Source: Microbacteriaceae bacterium | GTDB taxonomy: Bacteria > Actinomycetota > Actinomycetes > Actinomycetales > Microbacteriaceae | Length of the DNA: 64,000 nucleotides | Assembly: GCA_027491295.1 (NCBI GenBank) | Contig: JAIXWK010000002.1 | Span: forward strand, 58,032-122,031 | Reading direction: 5' to 3' | In this document: positions 60,601 through 64,000 of the stretch, one piece after another | Layout: every line of letters begins with the position of its first letter | How positions within the stretch are numbered: the first letter of the stretch is position 1 | The notes under the pieces: model-generated | Database searches by the model: none | What the model saw: only the letters and a program-made list of their open reading frames with translations | Told to the model about the DNA's origin: nothing | Program-made: the position numbers and the translations under genes

Positions 60601-63600
60601 AAGGCGCCAAGAAGGTGATCCGTAGGTCTTGTCGCTCAGCATCTCGAAGTTGATGGTCTGGTTCTGACGTCCAATTTCAAAGCGTTGAGACGCGGTGTTG
60701 GCCGCGTATACGTTGTTACCCGCCTGGGTCGCAGTTACCTCACAGTAGCCACTGCGTAGGAACAAGACCTGGCCGGAGACCGAGGACGACATGGTACAGA
60801 CCGCAGGCGAGTAGCTCACGTTGCTACTTGCTTGAATCTCCTGGCCCAAGGCAATGGTGTAGCTGATGCTTAGGCCGCTAGATGCGGTTGCTACCGCCTG
60901 GTAGGTCTGACCTGCAAGCGGCATCAAAGGAAGCGCACTTGTGAAGCTGACCTGCTGAATCTGCTTGGAGAAGCTGAAGGTGATTGCCGGGCTGGTTGCC
61001 AGGTTGTAGTTCACATCCTGAACCTTCTGCGCGCTAACCTCACAGGCACCATTGCGGGCAGCGCGAAGGGTGGTTCCAATTAGCGAACACTGCGCGGTGC
61101 CGTTGTCGGTGATGGTGTAGCTAACGGTTCCAGTTCCAGAACCACCAACAGTGAAGAGCTCAATGTCTCCAACTGCGGTAGCGCGAGAGTTACCAATCTC
61201 AAGTGGCTGCTGGGCAATTCTCAGCACTGTGACGTCCATCATCTCTGAGACCACCTGCAGGTGGTTGGCATCGCCGGAGCGGGCGGCAAAGATCGTACAG
61301 GTTGGACTTAGGTCCTCGGTGGCATTGCCCTGGAACGCAAGCGAGGTTCCGATGGTGCGGCAGTCACCGGTGGCGAAGAACCTGGTGGTCGCGGTTCCGC
61401 TACCACCGGTTGCGCTAAGCGGCAGTACCTGACCGAAGTCGACGTAGTCAACGTTGGTAATGGTCAGCGGAGCCTGTGGCGACTTGGCGATAACCAAGGT
61501 GATGTCCTTGGTGTTGGACTTGAAGTAGATGCCATCGGCAACGCTTGCGCGAACCACACAGTTTCCAGCACCAATTACCGTCACTACACCAGAGCTACTG
61601 TTCACCGAACAGAGGCTCGGAGTGGTTACTACGAAGCTAATGCTGTGCTCGGTTGAGTCGGTGTACAAAATTGCTGGGCTGACAGTCTTACTTGCACTGT
61701 AAACAACCGGCGAGTAGCTCAGGTTGATCTCGGCGGTCTTGAACACTGAGAAGCTTGTGGTGTCAGCCAGTGAGAAGCCGCCGGAGGCTGCGAAGTTCAA
61801 CGTGTAGTTCACACCAGGTGAACCGGTAGCCGCTAGACCTGCGAACTGCACCTCACCATTTACCGCGGTAGCGGTGTTAGATCCGCTAACCGCTCCACCG
61901 CTACCAGATCCAATGGTTGCGGTAACAACGGTTGCGCTGTCGTAGATGGTCCTATTTCCAAAGCGGTCGAATAGGAACAGCTTTGGCTGGGTAGCTAGCG
62001 CGGCACCCTGGCGACCACCCTGAACATACGGCGACTGAGCAACCATGTAAGAGGCAGTGGTGTGCGAGACAACCAGGTTCGTCGCGGTAGTAATCGCAAA
62101 CGAACCGGATGCAGTGGTTGCGGTGAAGGTCAACTGCTGCGATACCGAAGGTGTTGCAACCAGGGTCAGACCGCTAAAGGTCACGACACCGTTGACGGCT
62201 TGCGAGCTGGTTCCAGCCTCGATGTAGCCGCCACCGATCGATACCGAGGCCACGATGGTTGCAGAGGTAGAGGTTGCGATGTTGCCGTCGAAGTCCAATA
62301 GGCGAAGCACCGGCTGTGTGGCCATAACTTCACCAGTGCGCTGTGCGATCGGCTGTGTAATCCACTGAAGAGTTGCGGCAGCTGCCGGTGATACCTGAAT
62401 TGCGCTGGAGTTCACGCTGAAGCTACCTGCGCTAAAGCCAAGTACATAGTTGCGGTTTGTGGCACCTGTGAAGGTCAGGTTGGTAAAGGTTGCGATGCCG
62501 CCGACAACTGTGACGGTTGTGGTTCCACCGACCAAAGCACTCGCACCACCCGGACGGTTAGGTCCTGATACCAGTGCAACGGTCACCTGAGTTGAGTTGT
62601 CGGTGGTGACAACGTTCCCAAAGCGGTCCAGCAACCTAGCTACCGGCTGAACACTTAGAGCCTCTGCAGTTACGCCGCCAACCGGCTGGGTCTGCATCAC
62701 GATCGAGGAAGGAGCAGCCGGTGAAATGCTGATGTTGTTGGAGCTGGTTCCGGTGAGTCCCGCACTTGCAAACTGCAGGTTGTAGGTGGTGGTTGGCGAT
62801 CCCTCGATGCGGAGCGAGTTGTAGGTACCGATACCGTTTACAACCAGTGCGCTAACAGACGCAATAGTTGCATCCTGACCGCTGACCAGTCGACCACCGC
62901 TACCAGCAATGGTCACATCAATGCTTCCCACGTAGTTGGTAACGAGGTTGCCGTAGCGGTCCTCAACTCGAACCATTGGCTGGGCGCCCAATAGCTCTGC
63001 CGCAACAGCAAGGCTGCTTGGCTGCTGTGAGATCCGCAGCTTGGTTGGGTCGGCGAAGGTGAGACTCAAGTTCTGCGAGTTAGGCGAGACAACCGCAGCC
63101 GAAGCCGAGTTCACTGCACCTAGCAAGGTGAAGCGAAGCTGCTGGTTTTCTCCAGGAGGAGCTACCAGGGTTAGGTTCTGGAAGTCGGCAATACCGTTTA
63201 TAACACTTGCCAAGCCATTCGACTCGATAGAGCCGCTACCAACAACTACCGAAGCGCTAATGGTCACGTTGGTCAACGAGGTGGTTCGGTTGCCGTCGAA
63301 GTCGTAAACCACAATCGTTGGCGACTGAACAAGCGGGTCACCGGTCTTGTTGCCTGCAACAGGAGAGGTCGAGATTGCCAGGTACTCAGCATCGGCGTGG
63401 GTTACCTGCAGGTTGACCTCAGCGGTGTGCTGGTTAGAGCCGAAAGTAAAGTTCAGGCGGTAAATCTGACTTGGGTCAACCACCAGCGCAAGGTTCGAGA
63501 AGGTAGCAACACCGGCGGTTGCCGATACCGTGAAGTTCTTTAGGTAGTCCCGGTTACCTCGAGGCGTGAGGTTTAAGGTAGCGGTTACCACATCTGAGGA

Positions 63601-64000
63601 ATCCAGCACTCGGTTACCGGCGGCATCCTGAATCTCAATTACCGGCTGCACCTTGAGCGCCTCACCGGTCTTCGAGCGAACCTGGTTGGAGTCGGTCGAA
63701 GAAGGCAGACGCAAGAAGCCAATCTTGTTGGAAATACCGTGGGTAATGGTGATGTTGCTCTGAACCGCTGGGGTCACACCACCGGCTTGACGGTAGAAGT
63801 TGATCTCATAGGTGTTGCCAACTAGTCCCGAGATACCCATCTGGAAGGTGTAGACACCTGCGGTGTTGCGAACACCCTGGTTGTTGTTCACGTTCGCAGC
63901 ACTGCCCGAACCACTTTGAACCTGAGGGTTACCAATAATGGTGACCGCTGGGTCCTTGAAGACTCGGTTGCCAAAGCGGTCTAGCAATACCACCTGAGGC
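57679..64000 (-). CDS. Giant cell-surface protein, 3' part (more than 2100 aa; continues beyond the right edge): Ig-like repeats, FN3 domains, Pro/Thr stalk and a multi-pass C-terminal membrane domain
   Basis: At least seven repeats sharing D(R/F/A)xGN, most preceded by QP; several Q..I.F-type beta repeats; FN3-like segments (W.AP..DGG..I..Y.V); a PT/PE linker; about 9-10 C-terminal hydrophobic segments. The frame stays open to 64000. Confidence 0.85.
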   Translation of the reverse strand, partial: PQVVLLDRFGNRVFKDPAVTIIGNPQVQSGSGSAANVNNNQGVRNTAGVYTFQMGISGLVGNTYEINFYRQAGGVTPAVQSNITITHGISNKIGFLRLPSSTDSNQVRSKTGEALKVQPVIEIQDAAGNRVLDSSDVVTATLNLTPRGNRDYLKNFTVSATAGVATFSNLALVVDPSQIYRLNFTFGSNQHTAEVNLQVTHADAEYLAISTSPVAGNKTGDPLVQSPTIVVYDFDGNRTTSLTNVTISASVVVGSGSIESNGLASVINGIADFQNLTLVAPPGENQQLRFTLLGAVNSASAAVVSPNSQNLSLTFADPTKLRISQQPSSLAVAAELLGAQPMVRVEDRYGNLVTNYVGSIDVTIAGSGGRLVSGQDATIASVSALVVNGIGTYNSLRIEGSPTTTYNLQFASAGLTGTSSNNISISPAAPSSIVMQTQPVGGVTAEALSVQPVARLLDRFGNVVTTDNSTQVTVALVSGPNRPGGASALVGGTTTVTVVGGIATFTNLTFTGATNRNYVLGFSAGSFSVNSSAIQVSPAAAATLQWITQPIAQRTGEVMATQPVLRLLDFDGNIATSTSATIVASVSIGGGYIEAGTSSQAVNGVVTFSGLTLVATPSVSQQLTFTATTASGSFAITTATNLVVSHTTASYMVAQSPYVQGGRQGAALATQPKLFLFDRFGNRTIYDSATVVTATIGSGSGGAVSGSNTATAVNGEVQFAGLAATGSPGVNYTLNFAASGGFSLADTTSFSVFKTAEINLSYSPVVYSASKTVSPAILYTDSTEHSISFVVTTPSLCSVNSSSGVVTVIGAGNCVVRASVADGIYFKSNTKDITLVIAKSPQAPLTITNVDYVDFGQVLPLSATGGSGTATTRFFATGDCRTIGTSLAFQGNATEDLSPTCTIFAARSGDANHLQVVSEMMDVTVLRIAQQPLEIGNSRATAVGDIELFTVGGSGTGTVSYTITDNGTAQCSLIGTTLRAARNGACEVSAQKVQDVNYNLATSPAITFSFSKQIQQVSFTSALPLMPLAGQTYQAVATASSGLSISYTIALGQEIQASSNVSYSPAVCTMSSSVSGQVLFLRSGYCEVTATQAGNNVYAANTASQRFEIGRQNQTINFEMLSDKTYGSPSWRLGAQASSGLDVSYTISAGITACTVTQNGIVTLVAEGKCLIVASQAGNGSWAPAPDVSRLFFVEPDLAGSPSLVSAAVGNQWFTLGYTAPSYLGGSAVQRYRLEVTDVNNNKYVNSACTTTVPLVCTIAGIPNGRAYTARIAPITNAGIGQYSTVTIPLTPSRAEMSVTQLSANVSTGGLDMTWAAPVAIDGNFLRYEVYVWVTGTQQPATPTSTITNSTSSTISMAITQIASSSPTIAPAVFVQPQLNVVSSYYRTNSKVFVFGTMQHRPMGFVSLASVQQNAATESATVGYTMKVVTITDTYSSSQTINTANGVKVGLSAPAAPTQLSLDTQDESKIIVSWGAPNSDGGFAIEDYNVQVNGQTICANIQVRMCEVGTVSPGVTYNVSVKARNALGLGVAAVASYTPPAPPSLAVTVTPDPVTPTVPPTVSPTVSPTPTPTPTPTPTVTPTPTVKPTPPAPEPSQSTDPEPGPSEPAEEPASGSEVIVGPTASPLPEATEAPSPEPSPEPSGGDDAVIEQYDPLGSPEAILATIGLLVGAMAAAAAAAAGAAAASSSSSSSGSSSSESEQNDEDLAELEVAHDQIELIDENWGDRLRWFKSRWLTFLDRFTHDLALLLAPVSPLLSKVVNDGAYLRAILGSTTLLLPIAGVGLALTAVIQNGGEVFAPTWYLMLAIAVLGLFDAFAGFAATLVFLVGSIIAAGQLPDLSQIRTLMGVMIIAIGPAMLATAFRTLRKEPARDLDSWWERLADLAIAPFMAGWSVMTMVSVMPAISGLTLNMANHVTEFGLAIAIAAALRVLLEEGSARYFPARLNKINPTELPDSPLVQKAVALLIRYGIWVVLSGAIVGFGWQAFVGSALFLLPTVIGWYQDKFPNVPLIWRILPTGVPGLAFTILVASSTSALLAIWLGATPAYAELSFVLIPLPLLLLSILSMFGREGATPDELRPGKRNRWVYRIGGVAMLLVTLNLTGII
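59060..59390 (-). repeat. Low-complexity Pro/Thr/Ser/Glu linker (PTPTPTPT, PSPEPSPEP) inside the giant protein
   Basis: Short degenerate tandem repeats (GGGGTCGGGGTT, GAAACCGTCGG) that translate to PT/PS/PE runs. Confidence 0.85.

Overview
A 64 kb chromosomal window, probably from a small-genome freshwater actinobacterium. Microbacteriaceae of the Luna-1 type (Aquiluna/Rhodoluna) is inferred from the actinorhodopsin, the nrdHIEF operon, a DtxR/IdeR box and general gene content; it was not confirmed by any search. I saw no rRNA, tRNA, CRISPR array, integrase or transposase. Layout: (1) 1-16.1 kb, an accessory-looking sugar/polyol catabolic cluster: sugar ABC transporter, epoxide hydrolase, SorC/LsrR-type regulator, GlpD- and GlpK-like genes, and an operon with an AraM-like dehydrogenase, FGGY kinase, AraL-like HAD phosphatase, ThDP E1 alpha/beta, a free lipoyl domain, class II aldolase, a separate E2 catalytic domain and a lipoate ligase. 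(2) A second glpD with glpX, a CitE-like gene and a heliorhodopsin. (3) YeeE with an exported rhodanese, a DUF2231/tandem cytochrome-b5 protein, a GH1 and a DtxR/IdeR-boxed Fe3+ ABC transporter. (4) ABC-F, hrpA and a mannitol PTS operon. (5) A DTE-motif actinorhodopsin flanked by two small membrane proteins, then an FeS-type photolyase/cryptochrome operon. (6) dacB, gnd, nrdHIEF, zupT and the 3' part of a giant Ig/FN3 surface protein. Best leads: the split-E2 dehydrogenase sugar-phosphate pathway and its candidate operator; a 16-aa Cys-rich peptide (MDCNCGKDTCGCGGKH) between nrdF and zupT; and a 35-aa single-TM ORF inside the actinorhodopsin transcript. The last two are below the ORF-track length cutoff. 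All protein family calls come from motif recognition by eye, not from database searches.
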